Source: an uncultured Gemmatimonadales bacterium
Lineage (GTDB): Bacteria; Gemmatimonadota; Gemmatimonadetes; Gemmatimonadales; Gemmatimonadaceae
Reading direction: 5' to 3'
NCBI GenBank assembly: GCA_963793305.1
Contig: CAWBZV010000003.1
Coordinates: 1,056,001 to 1,120,000 of the forward strand
DNA: 64,000 nt
Of the stretch, positions 50,801 to 58,990 are shown piece after piece. The notes beneath the pieces were generated by a model. It was not told the DNA's origin, did not search any database, and saw only the letters and a list, made by a program, of their open reading frames with translations. Made by a program: the position numbers and the translations under genes. Each line of letters starts with the position of its first letter. The first letter of the stretch is position 1.

Positions 50801-51090
50801 AGTCGCTGCCGCAGCGACTCGCCCTCGACGTAGGGCATGACGAAGTACGGCAATCCATTGAGCTCGCCGGCCGAGAGCACCGGGACGATCTGCGGGTGCG
50901 TGAAGGTCGCGACCAGCGCGATCTCGCCTCGAAAGCGTTCGAGCGCGTCCGGGGTCGCCATCTCTTTCGGCAGGACCTTGATAACGACCGATCGGCCGAG
51001 TGACTCATCCTTGGCGAGAAAGACGGCGGACATCCCGCCGCCTTCCATCTGCCGCACGACTCGGTACCGCCCTTCGATAAGTTGATCCAT
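47877..51090 (-). CDS. Hanks-type Ser/Thr kinase fused to ADOP-type MacB/FtsX permease (apparent frameshift at about 50752)
   Basis: GGGMSAVF and VVIK before the shift; HRDIKPDN, DFG, GTPTYMAPE and DLYALG after it, running without a stop into LALGTGA...RELGIRTALG...AAVDPMSAMRAE. Confidence 0.88.
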
Positions 51091-51114
51091 GTCCGATGTG
51101 ACAGCCGAGCGCTG

Positions 51115-51390
51115 CTAGGGGTTTAGTCGGTACTCTCCCACGACCTTCGCGTCGACCGTCTTCGGAGTTTCAAGGCATTGGGCGTTGATGCCGGTCCGAA
51201 ACTCGCGATGGGACTCCAACGTTGTGATTTCCCCATCGGCAACATGGATAAAAGTCCCGTCGGGCAGGGCGAGAACGAGATAGCGAGTGCCAATCGGTCG
51301 CTTGGCGTCCAGCTCCCGAAACACTTCGGTAATGAGTCGTTCATTCTCGGCCACGTGCTCGGGTTGAACCTGATAGCGAATCACCTTCAT
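51115..51390 (-). CDS. Small hypothetical protein (dimeric alpha/beta barrel-like)
   Basis: MKVIRYQVQPEHVAENERLITEVFREL...DGTFIH. Confidence 0.65.
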   Translation of the reverse strand: MKVIRYQVQPEHVAENERLITEVFRELDAKRPIGTRYLVLALPDGTFIHVADGEITTLESHREFRTGINAQCLETPKTVDAKVVGEYRLNP

Positions 51391-51435
51391 AGCGGGAACC
51401 ACATGAAAGCACTCCATGGTTAATTGCTTACTCTC

Positions 51436-51621
51436 ATGTCGGAACAGAACCTCGAAAGGATACTTCGGGACCTCCGGCCCAAGCTGCACCGCTTCTGCTC
51501 CCGCATGGTGGGCTCGGTGCTCGACGGCGAGGATCTCGTGCGGGAGACGCTCATCGCGGCTTTCCTGCCGGCGCGCCACGCCAGTCGGGTCGATCCCGCC
51601 CGGGCGCTGCAGTCTGAGTAA
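51436..51621 (+). pseudogene. Chimeric remnant: ECF sigma factor N-terminus joined to ADOP permease C-terminal tail
   Basis: LRPKLHRFCSRMVGSVLDGEDLVRETL (sigma region 2) followed directly by AAFLPARHASRVDPARALQSE (permease terminus). Confidence 0.75.
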
Positions 51622-51763
51622 GAGACCGGCCCGCTTCGCGTTCCGCCTTTTCCCGATGCTCCTTCGCTCGGCGCCTGAGCATAATGGCCACGCACCCGAA
51701 TCCGCCCATGACGCCGACCGCCTGGCCAATGAGTGCGCAAATCATGAGAGCTGTTCTTGTCAT
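51551..51763 (-). CDS. Small single-TM hypothetical protein
   Basis: AAGGAG RBS, ATG 1 nt after the upstream stop, hydrophobic N-terminus then basic tail. Confidence 0.5.
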   Translation of the reverse strand: MTRTALMICALIGQAVGVMGGFGCVAIMLRRRAKEHREKAEREAGRSLTQTAAPGRDRPDWRGAPAGKPR

Positions 51764-51764
51764 T

Positions 51765-52184
51765 TCAGTCTCCTTCTGGGAGAAATCGGCAGAGGGTTGC
51801 GTTCGTCAAGCTGGCGATGATGAGTAGGAAGCACAGGCGCGCGTAAAAGACGGAGTTCGTCGGTGGCTGGACGTAACGGAGCGCATAGAACGTGGACCCG
51901 CACAGGATGACCCACGCTGACAATGCGGCGGAGGCGAGTTTTACATCGCGCCACTTCTGGCCGCTCCCCACCACTCGCGATAGCGACTCCGCCGCAAGGC
52001 TGATGACAATCGTGAGCACTCCGCCATCGGTTGCCAGTTCTGGAATCGTGGAACCATACCCGGCGGCCATGCGCATCAGATACAGGGCCGCGATTGGGGA
52101 GAACGAGAATAGGACCGTGAAGCAAATGAAGCTCGTCAACTCCGTGTGCCAACGCTGATGTCCTTCTCCTCTGGTTTCAGCCAT
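51765..52184 (-). CDS. Hypothetical 4-TM membrane protein
   Basis: GAGGAG RBS before ATG 52184; four hydrophobic segments. Confidence 0.65.
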   Translation of the reverse strand: MAETRGEGHQRWHTELTSFICFTVLFSFSPIAALYLMRMAAGYGSTIPELATDGGVLTIVISLAAESLSRVVGSGQKWRDVKLASAALSAWVILCGSTFYALRYVQPPTNSVFYARLCFLLIIASLTNATLCRFLPEGD

Positions 52185-52372
52185 GCAGTGATCTCCTCGA
52201 TCGACGGGAGATGGCTGAATCGCACGCGCAAGCGTCGTCGAGCAGAATCTCCCAGTGTATATGTTGACAGTGTCAACGGCGGGACAGTCGCCGACGTGCT
52301 GGACGCGCAATGTCTACGAAGGTTAAGCGCGAGTCAACGTGGAATAATCATCGGTTTCACTCGCGGCTAAGC

Positions 52373-52401
52373 TTGACACGCGATTAACCGAGAGGTTAAA
52401 T
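52373..52401 (+). promoter_or_regulatory. Promoter with palindromic operator (ArsR-like) upstream of DUF899 gene
   Basis: TTGACA at 52373 followed by TTAACC-GAGA-GGTTAA at 52384..52399. Confidence 0.65.
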
Positions 52402-52408
52402 ACAAACC

Positions 52409-53167
52409 ATGGCCAAGCATCCCATCGTCTCGCGCGAAGAATGGATCGTCGCGCGCAAGCTGCTGCTCGCGAGGGAAAAAGAGATCACCCGCCAGATCGA
52501 CGACATCAGTCGGCAACGCCGCGAGCTGCCGTGGGTCAAGATCGAGAAGACTTACGTGTTCGAGACCCCCAACGGCGCCAAAGAAACGCTCGCCGATCTC
52601 TTCGACGGCCGAAGCCAGTTGATCGTGCAACACTTTATGTTCGGCCCAGATTGGGCCGAGGGCTGCACGGGATGCTCGTTCAAGTCTGATCACATCGATG
52701 GCGCGCGCACGCACCTCGAGCACCACGATGTGTCGTTCGTCTCGGTGTCCCGCGCACCGATCGAGAAAATCGAGGCATACCGGAAGCGCATGGGTTGGAC
52801 GTTCAAGTGGGTATCGTCCTACAATAGCGACTTCAACTACGACTACGGCGTCTCGTTCCGGAAAGGCGAGCCGGCGATGTACAACTACGTCACGCACCCG
52901 GAGGCCCCCGCCGGGATGGATGAAGCGTCGGGCGACAGCGTGTTCTACATGGACGAAGCCGGCGACATTTACCATACGTACTCGACATTCGGTCGCGGCG
53001 ATGAAAAGTTGGTCGGCGCCTACAATTATCTCGACCTGACGCCAAAGGGCCGGAACGAGACAGTGCGCGGCAACCTCATGGACTGGGTCAAGCGCCATGA
53101 CCAGTACGATGACTCGCCCGTTCGCATCGGAATTCCCGCCGCTCGCAACAAGACACGTCCCGCCTGA
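52409..53167 (+). CDS. DUF899 thioredoxin-family protein
   Basis: VSREEW..AR..LL.REK, RR.LPWV, LFDGRSQL...HFMF.P, GC.GCS, SRAP and YLDLTPKGR.E. Confidence 0.95.
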   Translation: MAKHPIVSREEWIVARKLLLAREKEITRQIDDISRQRRELPWVKIEKTYVFETPNGAKETLADLFDGRSQLIVQHFMFGPDWAEGCTGCSFKSDHIDGARTHLEHHDVSFVSVSRAPIEKIEAYRKRMGWTFKWVSSYNSDFNYDYGVSFRKGEPAMYNYVTHPEAPAGMDEASGDSVFYMDEAGDIYHTYSTFGRGDEKLVGAYNYLDLTPKGRNETVRGNLMDWVKRHDQYDDSPVRIGIPAARNKTRPA

Positions 53168-53193
53168 GAGCACTGGGGCCGCATCATGGCCCC

Positions 53194-54543
53194 ATGCTCT
53201 GTCTGCTGCTCCAACTCGCGCTCGTCGATTCGGCCCGCCACGCGATGGGCCCCGAGGCGACCCATGCCGTTCGCATTGTCGGCATCCAACACACGTTCAT
53301 GCTCGGCAACGCCGAGCGCGCGGACGGTCCCTGGCGAACCATCTACGCGCGATTCGCGGCGCTGTACGATGCGACCAACGGCCATCTGCGACTCACGAGT
53401 CAGCCACTCAGCGCCGGATTTGGAGGACAGTCGGTCGCGATCCTGAGCGATTCGGTGATGGCCGGCGGCTCCGCGACGTCATACGAAGATTGGCTCGACC
53501 GGATCAACGCCTCTCCCGAGCGCGCGCTCGCGCTGGCGGCCGCCTCGTCGAGCCTGCATCTGGCCGGCGTTGCCCATCGCTACGGGCTGACGTTCGACAT
53601 CGTCGAATTCCCGTGGCGCAACGGACATATGCGCATTGAGCTGGAGCGTGAGACGCACCTGCCCGACGTCGTCGAGATCGTGCGCATGTACCCGAAAGAT
53701 TTTCGGCGCGCGCCGTTCGGGGAAAGCACGGTGCGGTTCGAGTACGTCGATTGGCAGATCCACCCCGGCGGCTGGTGGTGGCCGATGCAGCACAAGGTCA
53801 GCCTCAACGGCGAGCCGCTACGCGACGTCACGATCGACTCGGTGACGGCGAGCGACCAGCCCCCACCCGCGGACTCGTTCGCCATCTCCGACTCGGCCCG
53901 CGCCCAATTCGCGGCCAGCCGAGCGCGCGCGCCGGACGTCATTCGCGTCGGATCGATCGCGCCGCCCGCCGAGCTCGCGCCCGGCATCCTGCGCATTCCC
54001 GAGCTCTGGGCGATGACCGTAGTCAGGCAAGATGATGGTCTCGTCATCTTCGAGGCGCACCAGAGCGCGCAGTTTCTGCACGATGTTATCGACACCGCGC
54101 GCCGACGCTATCCCGGCATTCCGGTCAAGGCGCTCATCATGACATCAGACCCATGGGCGCACCTGGGCGGCGTACGCGAGGCTATGGCGCTCGGCATACC
54201 CATCTACGTCAACGCTCGCAGCATCCCGTTTCTGACGAAAATGGGGAAGGCGCCCAAGTTCGTTCCGATCGCCGGCAGGGTCACGATTGGCGCTGGAACG
54301 AATCGCCTGGAGCTCTATCCGGTCGGCGGCCCGTATGGCGAGCGCATGACGATGGTGTATTTCCCCGAGCGCCGATTGCTGTACGGGGCCGACCTCGTGT
54401 TCCCGAATGACCCGGGACCGGGATACGATCCGACGCCGGCGACCGATCTGCGACGCGCCGTCGAGCGAGCGCATCTCGCCGTCGACTCGGTGTTCTGTGT
54501 GCAGCGCTACGGTCCGTTCGCGTGGAGCGACTTCGTCCGCTAA
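53194..54543 (+). CDS. Secreted MBL-like fold protein, degenerate metal motif
   Basis: LVIFEAH...PVKALIMTSDPWAHLGGVRE; paralog of 32387..33817. Confidence 0.75.
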   Translation: MLCLLLQLALVDSARHAMGPEATHAVRIVGIQHTFMLGNAERADGPWRTIYARFAALYDATNGHLRLTSQPLSAGFGGQSVAILSDSVMAGGSATSYEDWLDRINASPERALALAAASSSLHLAGVAHRYGLTFDIVEFPWRNGHMRIELERETHLPDVVEIVRMYPKDFRRAPFGESTVRFEYVDWQIHPGGWWWPMQHKVSLNGEPLRDVTIDSVTASDQPPPADSFAISDSARAQFAASRARAPDVIRVGSIAPPAELAPGILRIPELWAMTVVRQDDGLVIFEAHQSAQFLHDVIDTARRRYPGIPVKALIMTSDPWAHLGGVREAMALGIPIYVNARSIPFLTKMGKAPKFVPIAGRVTIGAGTNRLELYPVGGPYGERMTMVYFPERRLLYGADLVFPNDPGPGYDPTPATDLRRAVERAHLAVDSVFCVQRYGPFAWSDFVR

Positions 54544-55748
54544 GCCGCGACCTCGCGGTACCGCGCGAACAGGCGATCGAACGTCACCGCCCACTCATGC
54601 TCACGCTCGGCGTATTCGCGTCCGCGGAAGCCGAGCATGGGGAGATCGTCGCGCTCAATAAGCTCGATCGCGGCCGTAGCCAGAGATCCAGACTCGCCGG
54701 CGGCGAATGTCGCCCCGGCCCCGGAACGCGCCAGTTGTTCAGCCACACCACCACGATCAGCCGCAAGCACGGGAGTCCCACTCGCCAACGACTCGAGCGC
54801 ACAGAGCCCGAACGTTTCGGCGGAACCCGGCGAGACGATGACGTTGACGGCGGCCAGGAGGTTGGCGAGCGCGTCACGATCGCCCTGATAGGGCAGGCGA
54901 TAGACGCGGTCAGAGCGGCGCGCGAGCGCGTCGACTTGCTGGCGTTGATGTCCGTCGCCAACCAGGACGAGCCCCGCGTCGGTGCGCCTCTCGATCTCCG
55001 GCCACGCTTCGAGCAGCACGTCGATCTCTTTCTCGCGAGCGAACCGGCCGACGAACGCGAATAAGCGGCGGTCGGTCGGCAGCCCCAGCGCCTCGCGCGT
55101 TTCGCACGCGTCCTCGTGCCGTCGCGGATGAAAATGCGCGAGATCGACGCCGAGTGGGACAACTGCCACGCGCTCGACGCCGTGGGCGGCCAGATCGGCG
55201 GCGGCGAACTCGGAAGCGCAGATCGTCAGATCGCACTGCCCGTAGACCGCGCGTATGTACTTCCAGGTCGTCTCGTAGATCCCGCGGGTGATCGCGCTCG
55301 CCCGTTCGGGGAACGGGCAGACGGTGCGGGCCAGATTGCCGTGGAAGAACCCGACGAGCGGGATGCCCGACGCCTTCGCGGCGCGCTTGACGATCCACGG
55401 TACCGCGAAGCAGCTCCCGACCTCGATGACCGACGGCCGCTCCGACTCGATGATCCGCCGGATCGACCGGGTCGCCAGCATAAAACGATAGGGCTTCTGA
55501 GTCGGAATGTGCGGACCGCGCAGGCGATAGCACCGCATGCCCGGCTGTTCCGAGAGCGCATCTTCCTGACCAGGCACGACCAACACCTGCGCGTAATCGG
55601 GCCGGTTGGCCACGTACGCGGCTTTCTCGTTTAGATAAGTGCGGACGCCGCCGCTCGTCTCACCAAACCACTCGGTGATATCGAGGACGCGAACTGAGGC
55701 CGACTCCCGAAGCGGGGCCGGCCATGTGTACCCCTTACCGAAGTTCAT
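54540..55748 (-). CDS. GT-B glycosyltransferase (GT4, mannosyltransferase-like)
   Basis: SGGVRTY, VPLGVD, FVGRFAREK and ETFGL.ALESLASGTPV; ATG overlaps the upstream stop. Confidence 0.92.
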   Translation of the reverse strand: MNFGKGYTWPAPLRESASVRVLDITEWFGETSGGVRTYLNEKAAYVANRPDYAQVLVVPGQEDALSEQPGMRCYRLRGPHIPTQKPYRFMLATRSIRRIIESERPSVIEVGSCFAVPWIVKRAAKASGIPLVGFFHGNLARTVCPFPERASAITRGIYETTWKYIRAVYGQCDLTICASEFAAADLAAHGVERVAVVPLGVDLAHFHPRRHEDACETREALGLPTDRRLFAFVGRFAREKEIDVLLEAWPEIERRTDAGLVLVGDGHQRQQVDALARRSDRVYRLPYQGDRDALANLLAAVNVIVSPGSAETFGLCALESLASGTPVLAADRGGVAEQLARSGAGATFAAGESGSLATAAIELIERDDLPMLGFRGREYAEREHEWAVTFDRLFARYREVAA

Positions 55749-56452
55749 CGCCGGGTGAGCGTACCCATAATGAGATCCCAGAGCGGCGAGCTGACGCCGA
55801 AGTCCCGGTCGGGATCGAGGAAGTGGTGGCGCTGGTGTCGCCATTTCGTGTACCGACCAAACGCGGTGGGCAACGTCTTGTGGTGCACGGCGTAGTGCAC
55901 CGTATCGTACACGAGATACCCGGAGACGAACCCCGCGAACAACGCGGGCGAAAGCGCCGGTCCCGCCACCAAGCGAAAGAGAACGTAGAACAGAACGGCC
56001 AATGGGATACTCGCGCCGGGAGGCATGACAAGCCGCGAGGAATCATTGGGATACTCGTGATGAACTCCGTGCATTATGAAGTACACGACATGGTGCCACG
56101 TGGGTAACGCCGGCAGCACCGGCTCCCCCGGTTTGAGCCCGGCGACGATATCGTGAGTCCCGTGCATCACCTCGTCCGGTGCATGGAAGAGGTGTCGGTG
56201 CAGGAAGTACTCGACCAACGTCCACAGGGCCAACCCACCCGCCCAGAGCCCCGCGGTCGCCAGGATCGGCGTGGGGGCAAACCAGAGCAGGGCCACAATG
56301 ACTGGCACGTAGAGCACGTGCGGCACGATCGGATGGACGTGAGACAGGCGCTCCAGCCAGTCGCTGCGAAACATACGTACACTTTCGTCCCGGTTCGACA
56401 CGTAGTGGTCGCTGGGACGGTTCGCCGGGGCCGGCTGTGTCGCGCTTGTCAT
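55745..56452 (-). CDS. Fatty acid hydroxylase (FA2H/sterol desaturase superfamily)
   Basis: His boxes HRHLFH, HGVHH, HYAVHH and HQRHH; RLVMPP and FGVSSPLWD. Confidence 0.92.
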   Translation of the reverse strand: MTSATQPAPANRPSDHYVSNRDESVRMFRSDWLERLSHVHPIVPHVLYVPVIVALLWFAPTPILATAGLWAGGLALWTLVEYFLHRHLFHAPDEVMHGTHDIVAGLKPGEPVLPALPTWHHVVYFIMHGVHHEYPNDSSRLVMPPGASIPLAVLFYVLFRLVAGPALSPALFAGFVSGYLVYDTVHYAVHHKTLPTAFGRYTKWRHQRHHFLDPDRDFGVSSPLWDLIMGTLTRR

Positions 56453-56776
56453 AGTAGTAAAAGTGCACCCTCGGGCCCTGAGGGCAAGAGGGATGGGCCG
56501 GTCAAAGCGCCCGAATCACGGGTAAAAGTGGCGCAGGCGCAGCGGTTGTGACGGAGGGTTGCATCTACGGATGACCCGTAGACTCGGGTGCGTTGCACCC
56601 TATTCCTGGCACCCGATGTGCACACGAGCCCGCATTAATGAACGGGCTCGTGCTCCTCGTAATGCTCTCGATCACGCCGACGCGCGGGGTCGCCTTACCT
56701 CTTCGGCTCGCGGCCGATACGAGTATCTACATCGAGAACGTGCTATGGCCGCACGCGGTACGAGACGCGCAGCCGG

Positions 56777-57127
56777 TCAACGAGCCGAAATCCGCACCTC
56801 GATCGGTGAAAGCTCGAAAATCGCGAGGTGCCCGGCGTCCTTGACGCCGGCCGGCATCGCCTCGACCCCTTCCATGTGGCGAGGGGCGAACCCAATGCAA
56901 CGGGTCAGAATAGAGTAGTGGTGCCCGACGACCAGGCCGTTCACCGTGAAACGGCCGTCGTCCGCGGTCAGACCGGCTGCCACCTGCCCCGTCTCGTTAT
57001 CAGTCACATCAACGTGGGCGGCAGGAATAGGGACGTTACGGTTGTCGGTCACCCACCCGACAATAGCGCCATCTGAGCGCGGATGGCTCGCGAGTGCGAT
57101 GAAAATCATCGCCAGTAGCGTTTTCAT
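56777..57127 (-). CDS. Small secreted carboxypeptidase-regulatory-like domain protein
   Basis: Signal peptide; I.G.VTD....PIPAA.V...T..DGRF...GL...Y...IGF. Confidence 0.75.
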   Translation of the reverse strand: MKTLLAMIFIALASHPRSDGAIVGWVTDNRNVPIPAAHVDVTDNETGQVAAGLTADDGRFTVNGLVVGHHYSILTRCIGFAPRHMEGVEAMPAGVKDAGHLAIFELSPIEVRISAR

Positions 57128-57296
57128 GCAAACTCCAGAGTGATGCGCTGTTGTCGCGACTGACTGCCGCGCCTCACACGCGCCGAAAGAAGGAAGTCCT
57201 GCTTACCCTACGACGAAAGAACCCTTCGGTTACGCTCGTTGATGGGATATCCCTGCCACGAGACTGTAACGCCGTGAAGGGCTATTTTATCCGTCT

Positions 57297-57515
57297 ATGA
57301 AACGACGTGATGCGTTGATCACCTTGGCCGCGCTCGCCGCATGCTCGCCGGGGCCCGAGAATGACCTGCAGGTCGTCGTCCGTGAGCTCGGCGGATTCGA
57401 GCTCAAGCCTGGCGAGGGTCCGGCTGTGCTGGCCTCGCTCAAGGGCAGCCGCTACACCGCCGACATCGACCCCACTATCCAGCCGCAGTCCGACTTCGAT
57501 CCCGACGTCGCCTGA
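57297..57515 (+). CDS. Small twin-arginine lipoprotein, possible amidase partner subunit
   Basis: MKRRDALITLAALAAC; its stop overlaps the amidase ATG (TGATG). Confidence 0.65.
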   Translation: MKRRDALITLAALAACSPGPENDLQVVVRELGGFELKPGEGPAVLASLKGSRYTADIDPTIQPQSDFDPDVA

Positions 57516-58990
57516 TGCGCGTCGACCCCACGTGGATGTCGATCGGCGACCTCGCGCGCGAGCTGCAGCGTGGCCAGGTCTCCTGTGTCGAGATCGTTCA
57601 AGCCACGCTCGACCGCACGAAACGGCTCGACAAGACGCTCAACACGTACATAACACTCACGGCTGACGCGGCCCTCGCCGAAGCCAAGATCGTCGATGGC
57701 GAGATCGCAAAGGGCCGCTATCGGGGTCCGCTCCACGGCATTCCGGTCGCCATCAAAGATCACATCGACACGGCCGGTGTCCGAACGACCGCGGGCGCGA
57801 AGTCGCGGATCACGAATGTCCCGACGACCGACGCCGCCGTCGTGCGGCGCGTCAAGCAAGCCGGCGCGGTCATCATCGGCAAGGCGAACATGAACAAGTT
57901 CGCCGATGGCGAGTCCGGTGATAATCCGGACTTCGGCCGCATTCGGAATCCCTGGAACACACAATACTCGCCGGGCGGGTCGAGCTCCGGCGGCGGCGCC
58001 CAAGTCGCCGCGGGGCTGGTGCCGTTGTCGATCGGATCGGACAACGGCGGGTCCGTGCGCATCCCGGCCGCGCTCTGCGGCGTGGTCGGCCTCAAGCCCA
58101 CGCACGGCCGCATCAGTCTCGAAGGCATCTTCCCGCGGCTCTATTCTCTCGACCATCCCGGGCCGCTGACGCGCAGCGTCGCCGACTGCGCGATCGCGCT
58201 GCAGATACTCGCCGGGCACGATACGCAAGACACGACCACCGGGCGCCGCCCCGTTCCCGATTACTCAGCCGATTTGCGCCTGGGTTTGCAGCAACTGTCG
58301 ATCGGTGTCGATCGGAAGTACGCCACCGTCGGCGAGTCGCACGTGTTGTCCGCGTTCGATGCGGCCATCGACGTGTTACGCCGACTCGGCGCGACGATCG
58401 TCGACGTCACGATTCCCTCGTACGCCGAGATGCTCGCGGTCGGCAACACGATAGCCGCCTGCGAATACTCGGTTGCCGCGGCGCATCTCTTCCGCGAGCA
58501 TCCGTCGGATTTCGATCTGGCGAAGCCGCCGGCCGCGAGCGGCGCTGATATCAAAGCCGGCGCACTGATTCCCGCTGTCGACTACATCCGCGCCACGCAG
58601 AAACGTCGTCTGCTCCAGCAGGACTACGCCCGGTCGACGCGAAGCGTCGCTGTCTTCATCTCGCCAACGTATCCGCTCGCCCCGCGGCCATTCGGCGAGT
58701 ACCCAAAGCCGTACACGGCGGACGACGCGATTCGATATACGTTCCCGTTCGACTTGTTAGGCCTCCCGGCGATCTCGGTACCGTGCGGTTTCTCCCCCGG
58801 CGGCATGCCGATCGGGATGCAATTCGTCGGTCGCCCCTTCGATGAAGCGGCCGTGCTGCGCGCCGCCTACGCCTATGAGCAAGCGACCGAGTGGCATACG
58901 CATCATCCGTCGCTTGCGCCTGCGCCATCGGTGGCGGGCGGCGGCGTCAGCGCCTCGAACGGAGACCCGTCGATATCCCACTCGGGATAA
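57515..58990 (+). CDS. Amidase signature family protein (GatA-like)
   Basis: GPLHGIPVAIKD, PGGSSSG and GSDNGGSVRIPAA.CG.VGLKPT (Ser-cisSer-Lys triad). Confidence 0.95.
   Translation: MRVDPTWMSIGDLARELQRGQVSCVEIVQATLDRTKRLDKTLNTYITLTADAALAEAKIVDGEIAKGRYRGPLHGIPVAIKDHIDTAGVRTTAGAKSRITNVPTTDAAVVRRVKQAGAVIIGKANMNKFADGESGDNPDFGRIRNPWNTQYSPGGSSSGGGAQVAAGLVPLSIGSDNGGSVRIPAALCGVVGLKPTHGRISLEGIFPRLYSLDHPGPLTRSVADCAIALQILAGHDTQDTTTGRRPVPDYSADLRLGLQQLSIGVDRKYATVGESHVLSAFDAAIDVLRRLGATIVDVTIPSYAEMLAVGNTIAACEYSVAAAHLFREHPSDFDLAKPPAASGADIKAGALIPAVDYIRATQKRRLLQQDYARSTRSVAVFISPTYPLAPRPFGEYPKPYTADDAIRYTFPFDLLGLPAISVPCGFSPGGMPIGMQFVGRPFDEAAVLRAAYAYEQATEWHTHHPSLAPAPSVAGGGVSASNGDPSISHSG

Noticed and set aside
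56638..56844. Small plus-strand ORF with hydrophobic N-terminus
   Set aside because: No clear RBS or family match and it overlaps the convergent gene; not enough support
57515..58990. gatA assignment
   Set aside because: No gatB adjacent; a generic amidase-signature enzyme is all that is supported
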